From assembly GCA_037444165.1 (NCBI GenBank), contig JBBIMX010000001.1:1026-65025 (forward strand): a DNA stretch of 64,000 nucleotides. The letters are read 5' to 3'. This DNA comes from Deltaproteobacteria bacterium (GTDB lineage: Bacteria; Desulfobacterota; BSN033; UBA1163). The position numbers and the translations under genes are program-made. Position 1 is the stretch's first letter, and each line of letters starts with the position of its first letter. The notes beneath the pieces are model-generated. The model saw nothing but the letters and a program-made list of their open reading frames with translations, did no database searches and was not told the origin of the DNA. Below are positions 20,537-31,901 of the stretch, piece by piece.

Positions 20537-20950
20537 TTAAGAAAGAAACTTTCGAAACCCACTGATAAAGGCGATCTGAGGAACTTTTTCTAAGAATCCT
20601 TCAGGAAATTCAGAAATCTGAATGTAATCTTTTCGTTCTTTCTTCCGTAGAATGATCATCCGTAGGGCATCCATCACTCGAGCAATATCGATGCCCTTTG
20701 GGCATCTTGAACTGCACTGAAGACAAGAAGCACATAGCCAGTAGGTATTGACTGAAAGGGTTTCTTCCTCCAGACCCAATAGGGTATATCGAATGACTTC
20801 GTGAGGTCCAATATCCATGGCAAATGCGACAGGGCAACCGGCTGTACAGTTTCCACATTGATAACAGGCAAAGAGATTCTGTCCACTGATCCACTCGACC
20901 TTCTTTGCAAAATCATTATGAACTTTCTCCCTGGACAATTCGATCTTCAT
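20537..20950 (-). CDS. hdrC: heterodisulfide reductase subunit C
   Basis: CYQCGNCTAGCP and CASCLQCSSRCP motifs; 137 aa. Confidence 0.8.
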   Translation of the reverse strand: MKIELSREKVHNDFAKKVEWISGQNLFACYQCGNCTAGCPVAFAMDIGPHEVIRYTLLGLEEETLSVNTYWLCASCLQCSSRCPKGIDIARVMDALRMIILRKKERKDYIQISEFPEGFLEKVPQIAFISGFRKFLS

Positions 20951-20966
20951 AGAGGCTCCCTAAGGT

Positions 20967-21542
20967 TCAAGTTTTTTTATATCTTTTTTCTCCTTCTATA
21001 TAAAGGTCATCTCCTTTGATATCATTGATGACGATGACCGGGAAGTCTTCCACCTCTAATCTCTGGATCGCCTCTGGGCCAAGATCCTCATAGGCAACGA
21101 TCTCCGCCCGTTTGATCCTTTTGGCTAAGAGGGCCCCAGCCCCTCCGGTGGCTGCAAAATAGACGGCTTTATACTTCCTCATCGCCTCTTTCACCACATC
21201 AGACCGCATCCCCTTTCCAATCATTCCTTTCAGTCCTCTTTCAATTAGGGCTGGAGAGTAGGCATCCATCCGATAACTCGTCGTCGGCCCGGCTGATCCA
21301 AAGACTTTTCCCGGTGGAGCAGGGGTTGGTCCGACATAATAGATGATCTGGCCTCTTATGTCAAAGGGAAGTTCTTTCCCCTCTTTGATCAACTCAAAAA
21401 GTCTTCTGTGGGCGGCATCCCTTCCTGTATAAAGGATTCCGCTTATGAGGACTCGATCTCCGATCCTCAATCTTTCTACATCCTCATCTCTGAGGGGCGT
21501 CTTTAAACGAATGGGCTCGGGCATTTCTCCTCCTATCTCCAA
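20967..21542 (-). CDS. fumB: class I fumarate hydratase, beta (C-terminal domain) subunit
   Basis: 191-aa Fe-S hydro-lyase beta-type domain, immediately downstream of the alpha subunit. Confidence 0.75.
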   Translation of the reverse strand: MEIGGEMPEPIRLKTPLRDEDVERLRIGDRVLISGILYTGRDAAHRRLFELIKEGKELPFDIRGQIIYYVGPTPAPPGKVFGSAGPTTSYRMDAYSPALIERGLKGMIGKGMRSDVVKEAMRKYKAVYFAATGGAGALLAKRIKRAEIVAYEDLGPEAIQRLEVEDFPVIVINDIKGDDLYIEGEKRYKKT

Positions 21543-21551
21543 CTCTCTCTT

Positions 21552-22391
21552 TTAAATTATGATCTCTTTGTGTCGATGGGCATGGCATTGAATATTAATA
21601 GCCAGGGGAAAACTGGCAATATGACATGGCATCATCAAGATATGAACAGCCAGAGAGGTGGTCCTTCCTCCTAACCCCTGGGGCCCTATTCCAAGACGAT
21701 TGATTTCTTCCAAGAGTTCTGATTCCAACCCGTCCAGTTCAGGATCCGGGTTTCGACTCCCAAGGGGTCTGAGCAGACTCTTTTTTGCAAGAAGGGCAGC
21801 TTGCTCAAAATTTCCACCAATCCCTATCCCGATGATAGTCGGTGGACAGGGATTTGAGCCCGACTCTTTGACTCGCTGAACCACATATCTCTTAATTCCT
21901 TCAATGCCATCAGAAGGGGTCAGCATCACGACGCGACTCATATTCTCGCTTCCCCCTCCCTTGGGAGCCACCATCACCTTCACCTTATCCCCGGGAACAA
22001 TCTCTGTATGGAGGATTGCAGGGGTGTTATCTCCTGTATTGGCCCGGGTAAATGGATGGCACATGGATTTTCTCAGATATCCTTCTCGATATCCTTTTCT
22101 TACCCCTTCAAAGATGGCCTCCTTTAGATCTCCCCCAACCAAACGAACGTCCTGACCGATCTCGAGGAAGATAACGGCTACTCCTGTGTCCTGACAGATG
22201 GGAACCCTTTCCTCCCTGGCGATACGAGCATTCTCCTTCAACTCCTTCAGGATCTCGATAGCCAGGGGAGATTCCTCTTTCTCGATAGCGTGATCAAAGG
22301 CTTGAAGGACATCTTCACCCAATTCCGTGTTCGCTTGGATGCAAAGTTCCTTCACCTTCTCAATAATCAGTCTCACATCAATCTCTCTCAT
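21552..22391 (-). CDS. fumA: class I fumarate hydratase, alpha (N-terminal domain) subunit
   Basis: Contains the ...PICQDTG... Fe-S hydro-lyase alpha signature. Start moved to MREIDVRL to remove the overlap with mdh. Confidence 0.75.
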   Translation of the reverse strand: MREIDVRLIIEKVKELCIQANTELGEDVLQAFDHAIEKEESPLAIEILKELKENARIAREERVPICQDTGVAVIFLEIGQDVRLVGGDLKEAIFEGVRKGYREGYLRKSMCHPFTRANTGDNTPAILHTEIVPGDKVKVMVAPKGGGSENMSRVVMLTPSDGIEGIKRYVVQRVKESGSNPCPPTIIGIGIGGNFEQAALLAKKSLLRPLGSRNPDPELDGLESELLEEINRLGIGPQGLGGRTTSLAVHILMMPCHIASFPLAINIQCHAHRHKEIII

Positions 22392-22407
22392 TTTTTCTCC
22401 TGTGAAT

Positions 22408-23352
<945 letters not shown>

Positions 23353-23386
23353 TTATATGGATCAGTTTCGTCAGCCCCAGGGGATC

Positions 23387-24475
23387 CTACGACGGGGGAT
23401 AAACCTTAAAGGATACCCCGTTTAAACATTCGGACTCCTTTTGATACCCTTTGAGATAATAACCGCAGGTCTTTCGAATGACAAGCTCCGGTTTCAATAA
23501 TATTTCTTTTGGAGGCCCGCTCTCACCCCCTTCAATCCTCTTGACTAATAACTCTACCGCTATGGTGCCCATTTCGAACTTTTTCTGGCCGATCGTCGAT
23601 AAATCAATTCCTTTTATTCCTGAAAGTTCAATATCATTAAATCCAATGAGAGCGATTTCTTCAGGAACTTTCACCCCTTCTTCAACGAGGGCCTGGTATA
23701 ATCCGATGGCCATGTAATCATTCGTCGCAAAGATAGCGCTTGGAGGTTCAACCATTTGGAGAAACCTCTTCCCTCCTTGATATCCGGATTCCTTTAAGAA
23801 GTTTCCCCCTAAAAAATATTCTTCCCGTTGTTCAATCCCATAAGCCTCGAGGGCCTTTTTTCCTCCTTCAAGACGTTCAAACCCTACAGAGGATTCTGAG
23901 GACCCCCCTACCACACCAATCCTCTGATGTCCCAATCGGATGAGGTGTTCCACCGCCATATATCCACCTAAATGATTATCGACCCCTACATAGTCTACTC
24001 GTTCTTTCACTCTTGGATGATAGGTTCTTCGGTTGACCAGAATGATAGGAAACCCTTCCTCTGCGAGCTCCACAATATTGGGATCACCGATATGAGCAGA
24101 AGTAAAGATGATCCCGTCGACCCCTTTGCTCCTTAGCATCTCGATGTATTGTTTTTCGGTCTCGAGGTCATAATTCGTACTACAAAAAATGATGTTATAT
24201 CCTAACTGCCTGGCTGTGGTCTCAATTCCCTGAGAGAGCTCGGTATAGAAGGGATTGGCGATGGTCGTGATGACAAGGCCTATGGTCTTGGTTCGCCTCA
24301 TGACCAAACTTCGAGCAATGAAGTTGGGTCGATAGTTTAACTGCCTTGCGATCGAAAGAATCTTCTCCTTTGTCTCAGGCCTGATTCGGGATTTATTATT
24401 CAGAGCTCTTGAAACAGTGGTATGAGAGACATTGGCCAATCGGGCAATATCTTTGATATTCACTTTCTTTTTCAT
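23387..24475 (-). CDS. LacI-family transcriptional regulator
   Basis: N-terminal HTH (IKDIARLANVSHTTVSRALNN) plus a periplasmic-binding-protein-like sugar-binding domain. Confidence 0.85.
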   Translation of the reverse strand: MKKKVNIKDIARLANVSHTTVSRALNNKSRIRPETKEKILSIARQLNYRPNFIARSLVMRRTKTIGLVITTIANPFYTELSQGIETTARQLGYNIIFCSTNYDLETEKQYIEMLRSKGVDGIIFTSAHIGDPNIVELAEEGFPIILVNRRTYHPRVKERVDYVGVDNHLGGYMAVEHLIRLGHQRIGVVGGSSESSVGFERLEGGKKALEAYGIEQREEYFLGGNFLKESGYQGGKRFLQMVEPPSAIFATNDYMAIGLYQALVEEGVKVPEEIALIGFNDIELSGIKGIDLSTIGQKKFEMGTIAVELLVKRIEGGESGPPKEILLKPELVIRKTCGYYLKGYQKESECLNGVSFKVYPPS

Positions 24476-24497
24476 CTTTTAAATATCGACCAATGGT

Positions 24498-26003
24498 TTA
24501 GGTTTTGGACACTTCTGCCTTGGCCTTAGCGATGGCCTCATCTTCCCGTTTCACATCTTCAAGGGTCTTCGGTTTCAATTTCTCCGGTACTGGCTCCAGA
24601 CCGTATTTCCATTTTAAGAATTGGACCCCTGTCTGAGGGAAAAGGGCACAGATCAGAACATCATACAGGTCTTTCGCTAACCCCTTCGTTTCTTCTTTAA
24701 CCTTCTCAAGTTCAGGTTCAATTAAATCAGCTGGGCGACAGCTAATGGGTTCGGTTCCTTTCTTATATCCCTTTAAAACCAGCTTTCGGATTTCTTCAGA
24801 GATTGGAACAGGGGACCTTCCGTAAAGTCCATAGACATAATCTTGGGTTTCTTTGGATACCATCTTGTAACGGCCAAACAGGGTATTAAGCACAGCCTGA
24901 ACCCCCACAATCTGGGAGGTAGGAGTCACCAGGGGAGGATATCCCAAATCTTTTCTTGTCTTAGGAAGCTCCTCATATACCTCATTGATCCGATGGAGGG
25001 CTTTCTGCTGCTTGAGCTGGCTGACCATGTTTGAAATCATCCCACCCGGAATTTGATGCCTGAGGACATTGGTATCAATGACGGCCATCTTTGTTGTATC
25101 CAGAAAATCCCGATATTTTGGAGCAATGGTCTCCAAATATTCTCCCAATTTCAATATCTTCTCAAGATTGAGTCCAGAATCCCAAGGAGTTCCTTCTAAA
25201 GCCACAATGATCGGTTCTACTGCGGGCTGAGAAGAACGAAGGGCAAAAGGGGCCAATGCCGTATCGATGATATCTACCCCAGCCTCGATCGCTTTAAGAT
25301 AGGTCATCGAACCCATTCCACTGGTATAATGGGTATGAAGTTGAATAGGGATTTTAATGCTTTCCTTTAAAGCCTTGATCAACTCATAAGCATCGTAGGG
25401 GGCTAATAGCCCTGCCATATCTTTAATACATAGGGAGTCTGCCCCCATCTCTACCAAGATCTTTGCCTTTTCTAAGTAATAATTGAGATGATATACAGGT
25501 CCTCCCATTCGCCGCTCGGTTAGGGAATAACAGATCGTCGCCTGAATGTGTTTCCCACATCTTTTAATGACTTTAAATGGAGTTTCAAAATTCCTTTCGT
25601 CATTTACCGCATCGAAACATCGAAAGATATCGATTCCTACTTCAGCGGCTTTTTCAATAAACGCTTCAGCTACATCGTCAGGATAATTTCGATAACCTAC
25701 CAAATTTTGACCTCTCAGGAGCATCTGAAAAGGAGTTCGAGGCATGAGTTTCTTCAACGTTCTGACCCGTTCCCAAGGATCCTCGGCTAAAAAACGGTGG
25801 GCCACATCAAAAGTAGCCCCTCCCCACATCTCGACCGAATGGAATCCCACCTGGTCCAACTCCTGAGCAATTGGAATCATATCTTCGGTTCTCATCCTTG
25901 TGGCAAAGGTGGATTGATGACCATCCCTGAATGTTGTATCTGTGATTTTTATTGGTTTTTTTGGAATCTTATCCATTCCTTCCATTTTTTTCACTCCTTT
26001 CAT
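24498..26003 (-). CDS. carboxyltransferase subunit of the oxaloacetate decarboxylase alpha / pyruvate carboxylase B / transcarboxylase 5S family, with no biotinyl domain
   Basis: TIM-barrel HMGL-like motif (ITDTTFRDGHQS ... QLHTHYTSGMG). At 501 aa it ends without an (A/E)MKM biotinylation motif. Confidence 0.7.
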   Translation of the reverse strand: MKGVKKMEGMDKIPKKPIKITDTTFRDGHQSTFATRMRTEDMIPIAQELDQVGFHSVEMWGGATFDVAHRFLAEDPWERVRTLKKLMPRTPFQMLLRGQNLVGYRNYPDDVAEAFIEKAAEVGIDIFRCFDAVNDERNFETPFKVIKRCGKHIQATICYSLTERRMGGPVYHLNYYLEKAKILVEMGADSLCIKDMAGLLAPYDAYELIKALKESIKIPIQLHTHYTSGMGSMTYLKAIEAGVDIIDTALAPFALRSSQPAVEPIIVALEGTPWDSGLNLEKILKLGEYLETIAPKYRDFLDTTKMAVIDTNVLRHQIPGGMISNMVSQLKQQKALHRINEVYEELPKTRKDLGYPPLVTPTSQIVGVQAVLNTLFGRYKMVSKETQDYVYGLYGRSPVPISEEIRKLVLKGYKKGTEPISCRPADLIEPELEKVKEETKGLAKDLYDVLICALFPQTGVQFLKWKYGLEPVPEKLKPKTLEDVKREDEAIAKAKAEVSKT

Positions 26004-26039
26004 AGTTATTTAAAAATGAATGCGTTAACGTTAACACCA

Positions 26040-26068
26040 AAATAACATTAAAATAAACCCTTTGTCAA
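26040..26068 (-). promoter_or_regulatory. candidate sigma70-type promoter for the carboxyltransferase gene
   Basis: On the minus strand: TTGACA(26068..26063), 17 nt, TTATTT(26045..26040), about 35 nt upstream of the start codon. Confidence 0.3.
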
Positions 26069-26322
26069 GAAAAAAAGAGAGACCTCTGAAAAAGTATTTA
26101 AAACGAATTTTACAGACTGGGGAGGTGGGGTGGAAAAATCCTTCGAGCGGATACTTTAACCGTTTGGCACTAAAGATTAATTCCCTGAACATGTTTGTTT
26201 TTCTCTTAAACGATGGTTAGCCGATTAACTTCTCAATGCCCGTATTCGAAGGGTTTGGAACCCTACCTCCCAAGTCTTTCTATGACTTTTCAGAGCTCTC
26301 AAGAATAGACCTCGTAACCCCT

Positions 26323-26422
26323 CACTGAAGGGTGGAAATAAATTAAAGCCCAATATTATTTTTTCCAAAACCCATATAACGCCTTATCTGCACTTCCGAC
26401 CGAGTCGGACCTCCCTCTGGCG
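26323..26422. repeat. conserved roughly 100-nt non-coding element, copy A (inverted relative to copy B)
   Basis: About 80% identity to the reverse complement of 34071-34170. Shared blocks are gggtggaaataaatt..aaacccata..gcacttccgaccgaNtcgga.c..ctctggcg. It has no conserved ORF and is intergenic. Confidence 0.6.
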
Positions 26423-26537
26423 AAATGGGTTTCCCCAATACCCCTATCGGATTTATTCCCCGCTTCTGATTGAGGGATTACTTTTTCAAAAATGTCTAAT
26501 TTCTTTAAAAATTATAAATAGTTTCGAATCTCTTCGC

Positions 26538-26876
26538 TTAATGGAGAATATCATCGGGACGTGTTCGTATTTTGAATGGACCTTCCCAAGGATGCTTGAT
26601 TTCTTCCACAAATCTATCCCGACAGCTTTTGCAGAGAACTAAAGTAAACTCTTCATAAACTTCTTTTTCTAACTCTTCAGGATCTGAGTCTTTTACCTGT
26701 TCAAATAATCTTTTTAATTGGCCATCGACCCCTTCCTCCGGTTCTATCAAATAACCATTAAATCCTGCAAAAACTTCAATGTTCACTACGTAAGAAAGAC
26801 TCCCAGGGGGAAGCTCTTTCCCGCATCGAAAACATTTCGTCGCACTCTTCTCCTCTGATTCTTGATCTTTCATCAT
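26538..26876 (-). CDS. hypothetical zinc-ribbon protein (CxxC...CxxC)
   Basis: ORF with CFRCGKE...CKSCRDR. Start placed at the internal MMKDQ to avoid overlapping trmFO. No recognisable family. Confidence 0.4.
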   Translation of the reverse strand: MMKDQESEEKSATKCFRCGKELPPGSLSYVVNIEVFAGFNGYLIEPEEGVDGQLKRLFEQVKDSDPEELEKEVYEEFTLVLCKSCRDRFVEEIKHPWEGPFKIRTRPDDILH

Positions 26877-26889
26877 CTCTTTCCCTTCC

Positions 26890-28197
26890 TTAAAGATGAT
26901 ATTTTTCTTTCCATTCTTGTAATTCTTCCAGCGCCCGTTGAAAAAAGAGAATCCGTTTCCGATGGCCTCTGACCCTCTCTTTGAGTGGAGGAAATAATCC
27001 AAAATTAATATTCATGGGTTGAAAATGAAAATTTTTAAAATAAAGAATATAATGAAGTAAGGCTCCGATAGCCGTGGTTCGGGGAGGGAAAATCGGTTCC
27101 TCTCCTTGCACGTGACGGAGTGCATTGAGACCTGCCAAAAGTCCCATGGCCGTAGATTCCAAATAACCTTCGACTCCTACGATCTGACCTGCCAGATAGA
27201 GATTGGGCTGAGTCCTTAACTGAAGAGAGGGCAGTAACAATCGTGGAGAATCAATAAACGTGTTTCGATGAATGGAACCCCATCGGACAAATTCTGCCTC
27301 CTCAAGACCTGGGATCATCCGGAAAATTCTCTTCTGTTCACTCTGTTTCAATCGAGTCTGAAACCCAACCAGGTTATACATCGTCCCAAATTCATCCTCT
27401 TGCCTCAGTTGAACGACAGCAAAAGGTTGCCTTTTAGTCTTCGGGTCAATGAGACCTACCGGACGAAGGGGACCAAAAGCCAGAGTCTCTTTTCCTCGAA
27501 TAGCCAGTTCTTCAATAGGGAGGCAACCCTCGAAAAGATACCTCTTTTCAAAATCCCTCAATGGAACTTTCTCTGCGTGAATCAACTCCTCTACAAATCG
27601 ATAATATTGCTCTTCATTCATCGGACAATTGAGATAGTCCTCTCCTCCCTTTCCGTATCGCGAGGCTCGAAAGATCTTCTCGAGGTGAAGGGAATCGTAA
27701 GTCACAATGGGCGAGATGGCATCATAGAAAAACAGATTTTGATCCCCTGTCACTTTTTGGATTTCACTACTTAAGGCTTCAGAGGTCAGAGGACCCGTGG
27801 CAATGATAGCCACATCATCTTTGGGCAGTGAGGTGACTTCCTCCCGGATGATCTTGACTCCTTGAAGACTTTCTATGGTTTGAGTAATTTTCTTCGAAAA
27901 CTGTTCCCGATCTACGGCCAGAGATTCTCCAGCAGGAACCCTCGTCTCTCTGGCTATTTTTAAAATGAGAGAATCCAGAAGGCGGAGCTCTTCTTTCAAA
28001 ATGCCGGAGGCATTCTCAAGGGATTCTGATTTTAAGGAATTACTACAGACGAGTTCCGCAAAATAAGGAGATCGGTGAGCAGAAGAATAAACGGCAGGCT
28101 TCATTTCATAGAGAATGACCCGTCCCCCCCTTTTAGCAATTTGCCAGGTCGCTTCACATCCTGCCAGACCTGCTCCAACGACAATGATGGGTTCCAT
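26890..28197 (-). CDS. trmFO: methylenetetrahydrofolate--tRNA-(uracil-5)-methyltransferase TrmFO
   Basis: MEPIIVVGAGLAGCEATWQIAK... FAD motif and TrmFO/Gid family length. Confidence 0.85.
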   Translation of the reverse strand: MEPIIVVGAGLAGCEATWQIAKRGGRVILYEMKPAVYSSAHRSPYFAELVCSNSLKSESLENASGILKEELRLLDSLILKIARETRVPAGESLAVDREQFSKKITQTIESLQGVKIIREEVTSLPKDDVAIIATGPLTSEALSSEIQKVTGDQNLFFYDAISPIVTYDSLHLEKIFRASRYGKGGEDYLNCPMNEEQYYRFVEELIHAEKVPLRDFEKRYLFEGCLPIEELAIRGKETLAFGPLRPVGLIDPKTKRQPFAVVQLRQEDEFGTMYNLVGFQTRLKQSEQKRIFRMIPGLEEAEFVRWGSIHRNTFIDSPRLLLPSLQLRTQPNLYLAGQIVGVEGYLESTAMGLLAGLNALRHVQGEEPIFPPRTTAIGALLHYILYFKNFHFQPMNINFGLFPPLKERVRGHRKRILFFQRALEELQEWKEKYHL

Positions 28198-28351
28198 CGA
28201 TTCTATTTTAGGGCTTCTCCCCTTCATTTGCAAATCCGAGACAGGATTGATCACCTGGAAGGGTAATCCCGAAGGAGAATTTTGACAATTCGACCATAGA
28301 TTGATAGATTAAAAAAGAAAGATCGTTTAAAAAACCTTTATTCACCGAACC

Positions 28352-29668
28352 ATGAAAATCGAACTCATTTCACCTGCTGTTGAGGAGAACGCTCGGATTC
28401 CGAATCTTGCCCTTCCAATCCTTGCTGCCCTCTCCCCCCCGGATGTGAAGATCTCTTTTACCGACGATCTGCTTACCCCCATCGATTTAAACAAAGGATT
28501 AAAAGAGGTAGATCTGGTCGGCATCACTGTTTTAACCAAGACCGCCCATCGAGCCTATCAGATCGCCGAAGCTTATCGAAAGAAAGGGATTCCCGTCGTT
28601 CTGGGAGGAATTCATCCTACGGCCTTACCCGAAGAGGCGAAAGAACATGCGGATGCCGTGGTGATCGGTGAAGCCGAAGAGGTCTGGCCTCGTTTAATCG
28701 AGGATTTTAGATCGAACCATCTTCAACCCTTCTATCGGCAAAGCCATTTGACCGACCTTTCCAAAGTCCCAAGACCTAAGAGAGAGATTCTCCCCCAGAA
28801 GGGATACCTCCCCATTGATGTCGTTCAGGTCAGCAGGGGCTGCCCATTTCGATGTGAATTCTGTACGGTCCATCAATTTTATGGAGAGACCTATCGATTC
28901 CGACCCATCTCAGAGGTGATCGATGAGATTCGACACCTCACCCATCGGTGGATGATGTTTAACGATGATAATATTGTGGGGCATCCCTCTTATTCAAAAG
29001 AATTTCTTCAAGCCTTGATCCCTCTCAAAAAGAAGTGGTTTGCTCAAAGTTCCCTCTCGGGGTTAAAGAGAGTGGAACAGATTGAACTCCTCGCTCGAAG
29101 TGGGTGTAAGAGTCTTTTCATCGGATTTGAATCCCTCTGCAAAGAGAACTTAAAGGGGATCCAAAAATTTCAGAACGATCCGGCTGAATACCGAGACATC
29201 ATCGATATCCTTCATCGCCACGGGATCGCTATCTGTGGGTCTTTCGTGTTTGGATTTGATGAGGATGACCCTTCGGTCTTTGAAAAGACCGTCTCCTTCT
29301 CTATTGAAACAAAACTCTTTTCAGCCGTCTTTATGATCCTCACCCCTTATCCAGAAACGCTCTTCTATCATAGAATGAAAAGAGAAGGGCGTCTGATCAA
29401 GGATCGATGGTGGCTATTCGAAAAACCAGAGGAGGAGGCTCCTTTCTTCCTTCCTCTGAAGATGACCCCCAAGACCCTTCGAGAGGGATGGAAGGAGGCC
29501 TGGAAGACCTTTTATTCCCTGTCCTCCATCTGGAAACGATTTCAGTGGGATTATCCTCCAACCTTAATCAACCGCTTCGTTTATTTTCCCTTTCAATGGA
29601 TGCAATATCGGTTTACAAAGAAAAAGATTCTCGAGGGAAGGCGTCGGTATCGAGGGGGTTCAATCTGA
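28352..29668 (+). CDS. B12-binding domain radical SAM protein (class B), function unknown
   Basis: N-terminal cobalamin-binding-like domain followed by a CPFRCEFC CX3CX2C motif; 438 aa. Its 3' end overlaps the topA 3' end by 9 nt (convergent). Confidence 0.75.
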   Translation: MKIELISPAVEENARIPNLALPILAALSPPDVKISFTDDLLTPIDLNKGLKEVDLVGITVLTKTAHRAYQIAEAYRKKGIPVVLGGIHPTALPEEAKEHADAVVIGEAEEVWPRLIEDFRSNHLQPFYRQSHLTDLSKVPRPKREILPQKGYLPIDVVQVSRGCPFRCEFCTVHQFYGETYRFRPISEVIDEIRHLTHRWMMFNDDNIVGHPSYSKEFLQALIPLKKKWFAQSSLSGLKRVEQIELLARSGCKSLFIGFESLCKENLKGIQKFQNDPAEYRDIIDILHRHGIAICGSFVFGFDEDDPSVFEKTVSFSIETKLFSAVFMILTPYPETLFYHRMKREGRLIKDRWWLFEKPEEEAPFFLPLKMTPKTLREGWKEAWKTFYSLSSIWKRFQWDYPPTLINRFVYFPFQWMQYRFTKKKILEGRRRYRGGSI

Positions 29669-31879
29669 AATCCGATACCCACAATCTTTATTCGGGCACC
29701 TTTTTAAAATCCCGGAACGATTCTGTTTCTCAACCAGAAAAGGAAAGCCACATTGCGGGCATCGCTCTGGAAGGGGTTTATCCCATAGGGCAAATGTACA
29801 TTGGGGGTAATTGCTACAACTGTAGAAGACCTTACCTTTTCGGCTCCTCCGCTCAACGATCATTCCATCACAATGCTCCTGTGGGCATGCGACCCCAGTG
29901 GTCAGGGATTGGGTAAACTTACAGGTGGGATAATTGGAACAGGCTAAAAATCTCCCAAACTTCCCATTCCTGATCACCATCGGACTTTGACACTGTGGAC
30001 ATCGGGCCTCGGTCTCCTCGACGGATTCTCCATTCTCATTCAGATCTTTAGTATAACGACAATGAGGGTATTTAGAACAGGCCAAGAAATATCCCCTCTT
30101 TCCCCACCGCCTTACCATCTTTGAACCACACCGCTCACATTTCTCTTCCGTAGGGATCATCTCGGCCTTCATATTTCTCATGGAGACTTTGGCCATGTCG
30201 AGATCCTTTTTGAAATGGGAGTAAAATTCTCGAAGCGTTTCCACCCATCCTTTCTTCTCCTCCTCGATCTGATCCAAATTCTCTTCCATCTGAGCAGTAA
30301 ATTCGACATCGAAGATCTCCGGAAAATGGACGACCAAAAGGTCGTTGACCACAAATCCCAATTCGGTTGGAACAAATCTCCCCTTCTCCAATCGCACATA
30401 TCCTTTTTCTTTAATCGTGCTTAAGATGGTGGCATAGGTAGACGGCCTTCCAATGCCCTTTTCCTCTAATTCCTTGATCAAGGTGGCTTCTGAGAATCGA
30501 TAAGGAGGTTGGGTAAAATGCTGTTTTGGGGTGAGAGCCAGTAGGTCCAAAATCTCTCCTTCGGAAAGAGGAGGTAAGGATTCTTCCTTCCCCTCTTCAT
30601 GGTTATCTTCGCTCTCCACATAGAGGGCCATAAACCCTAAAAATAGAGGGATCGAACCGGTAGCACTGAAGATCGCTTCGTCTGATTTGATCTCCACCTG
30701 GGTTTGAAGAAAACGGGCCGGGGCCATCTGGGAAGCCACAAATCGATCCCAGATCAATTTATACAGTTCAAATTGATCTTTGGTGAGATGGGGTTTGATC
30801 TTTTCTGGCTCCAGCTCCATCGAAGTGGGTCGGATGGCTTCATGGGCCTCTTGAGCCCCTTTCCGACTCCGATAGAGATTGGGTTTTATGGGTAGATAGG
30901 AATCTCCAAACTGTTTTTTAATCCATTCCCTCACCTGGTGGATCGCCTCTGTAGAGACCCGAACAGAATCCGTCCTCATGTAGGTGATAAGACCCACCTG
31001 CCCCATCTTTCCAAGACCAACCCCTTCATAAAGTTCCTGAGCAATCCTCATCGTCTTCTGAGCAGAGAAGTTGAGTTTCCGATAGGCCTCCTGTTGGAGT
31101 CGACTGGTAATGAAAGGAGGAAGAGGATGCCTTTCTCTTTCCTGTTGAACGATCTTGGTAACGACAAAAGGAAGCGATTCCAATGCCTTTTTGATGGCCA
31201 TCGCTTCAGCTTCATTGGCGATCTTGACTTTTTTCCCCTTCCATTTCACCAGCTTGGCATCAAAAGGGGTTGGGGAATCCTTCCCCTTAAGGGTTGCAGT
31301 AAGACTCCAGTATTCTTCGGGAACAAAACTCTGAATCTCCCGTTCCCTTTCACAGATGATTCGGACAGCTACGGTTTGAACCCGACCTGCACTCAACCCT
31401 CGCCTCACTTTTTCCCAGAGAAGAGGGCTGACCTGATAGCCTACGAGTCGATCCAGGATCCTTCGGGCCTGCTGGGCTTCGTACTTGGAAAGCTGAAGTT
31501 TTGCAGGTTTCTGAAGAGCTTCGAGAACAGCCTTCTCTGTGATTTCATGAAAGAGGACTCGATGGATATTCTTTCCTTTCTCACGGATCTCCTCAGCAAT
31601 GTGCCAGGCAATGGCTTCCCCTTCCCGATCCGGGTCGGGACCCAAGTAAATATCCTTGACTTCTCGACTGGCCTTTTTCAATTCTCGTATGATTTTGGCC
31701 TTGCCTGGGAGGACGACATAATGGGGTTTAAAATCATCCTCAATGTCAACTCCCAATTCATTCTCCGGTAGGTCTTTGATATGACCGATCGACGCCTTGA
31801 TGAGATACTCCTTCCCTAAAAATTTCTGTAGGGTTTTGACTTTGGTAGGAGACTCAACAATCAGAAGTCCTTTTGCCAT
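29660..31879 (-). CDS. topA: DNA topoisomerase I
   Basis: 739 aa; Toprim domain, catalytic region and multiple C-terminal zinc ribbons (CxxC...CxxC repeated three times). Confidence 0.9.
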   Translation of the reverse strand: MAKGLLIVESPTKVKTLQKFLGKEYLIKASIGHIKDLPENELGVDIEDDFKPHYVVLPGKAKIIRELKKASREVKDIYLGPDPDREGEAIAWHIAEEIREKGKNIHRVLFHEITEKAVLEALQKPAKLQLSKYEAQQARRILDRLVGYQVSPLLWEKVRRGLSAGRVQTVAVRIICEREREIQSFVPEEYWSLTATLKGKDSPTPFDAKLVKWKGKKVKIANEAEAMAIKKALESLPFVVTKIVQQERERHPLPPFITSRLQQEAYRKLNFSAQKTMRIAQELYEGVGLGKMGQVGLITYMRTDSVRVSTEAIHQVREWIKKQFGDSYLPIKPNLYRSRKGAQEAHEAIRPTSMELEPEKIKPHLTKDQFELYKLIWDRFVASQMAPARFLQTQVEIKSDEAIFSATGSIPLFLGFMALYVESEDNHEEGKEESLPPLSEGEILDLLALTPKQHFTQPPYRFSEATLIKELEEKGIGRPSTYATILSTIKEKGYVRLEKGRFVPTELGFVVNDLLVVHFPEIFDVEFTAQMEENLDQIEEEKKGWVETLREFYSHFKKDLDMAKVSMRNMKAEMIPTEEKCERCGSKMVRRWGKRGYFLACSKYPHCRYTKDLNENGESVEETEARCPQCQSPMVIRNGKFGRFLACSNYPTCKFTQSLTTGVACPQEHCDGMIVERRSRKGKVFYSCSNYPQCTFALWDKPLPERCPQCGFPFLVEKQNRSGILKRCPNKDCGYRISD

Positions 31880-31901
31880 TTAAAAACTCTTCCTTTCCCA
31901 T

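Noticed and set aside
26200-26290. tRNA-like T-arm (agggttccaaaccct) on the minus strand in the large intergenic region
   Set aside because: Only a 4-bp stem with a mismatch. No matching acceptor stem, D arm or anticodon arm could be built, so it is not a tRNA.
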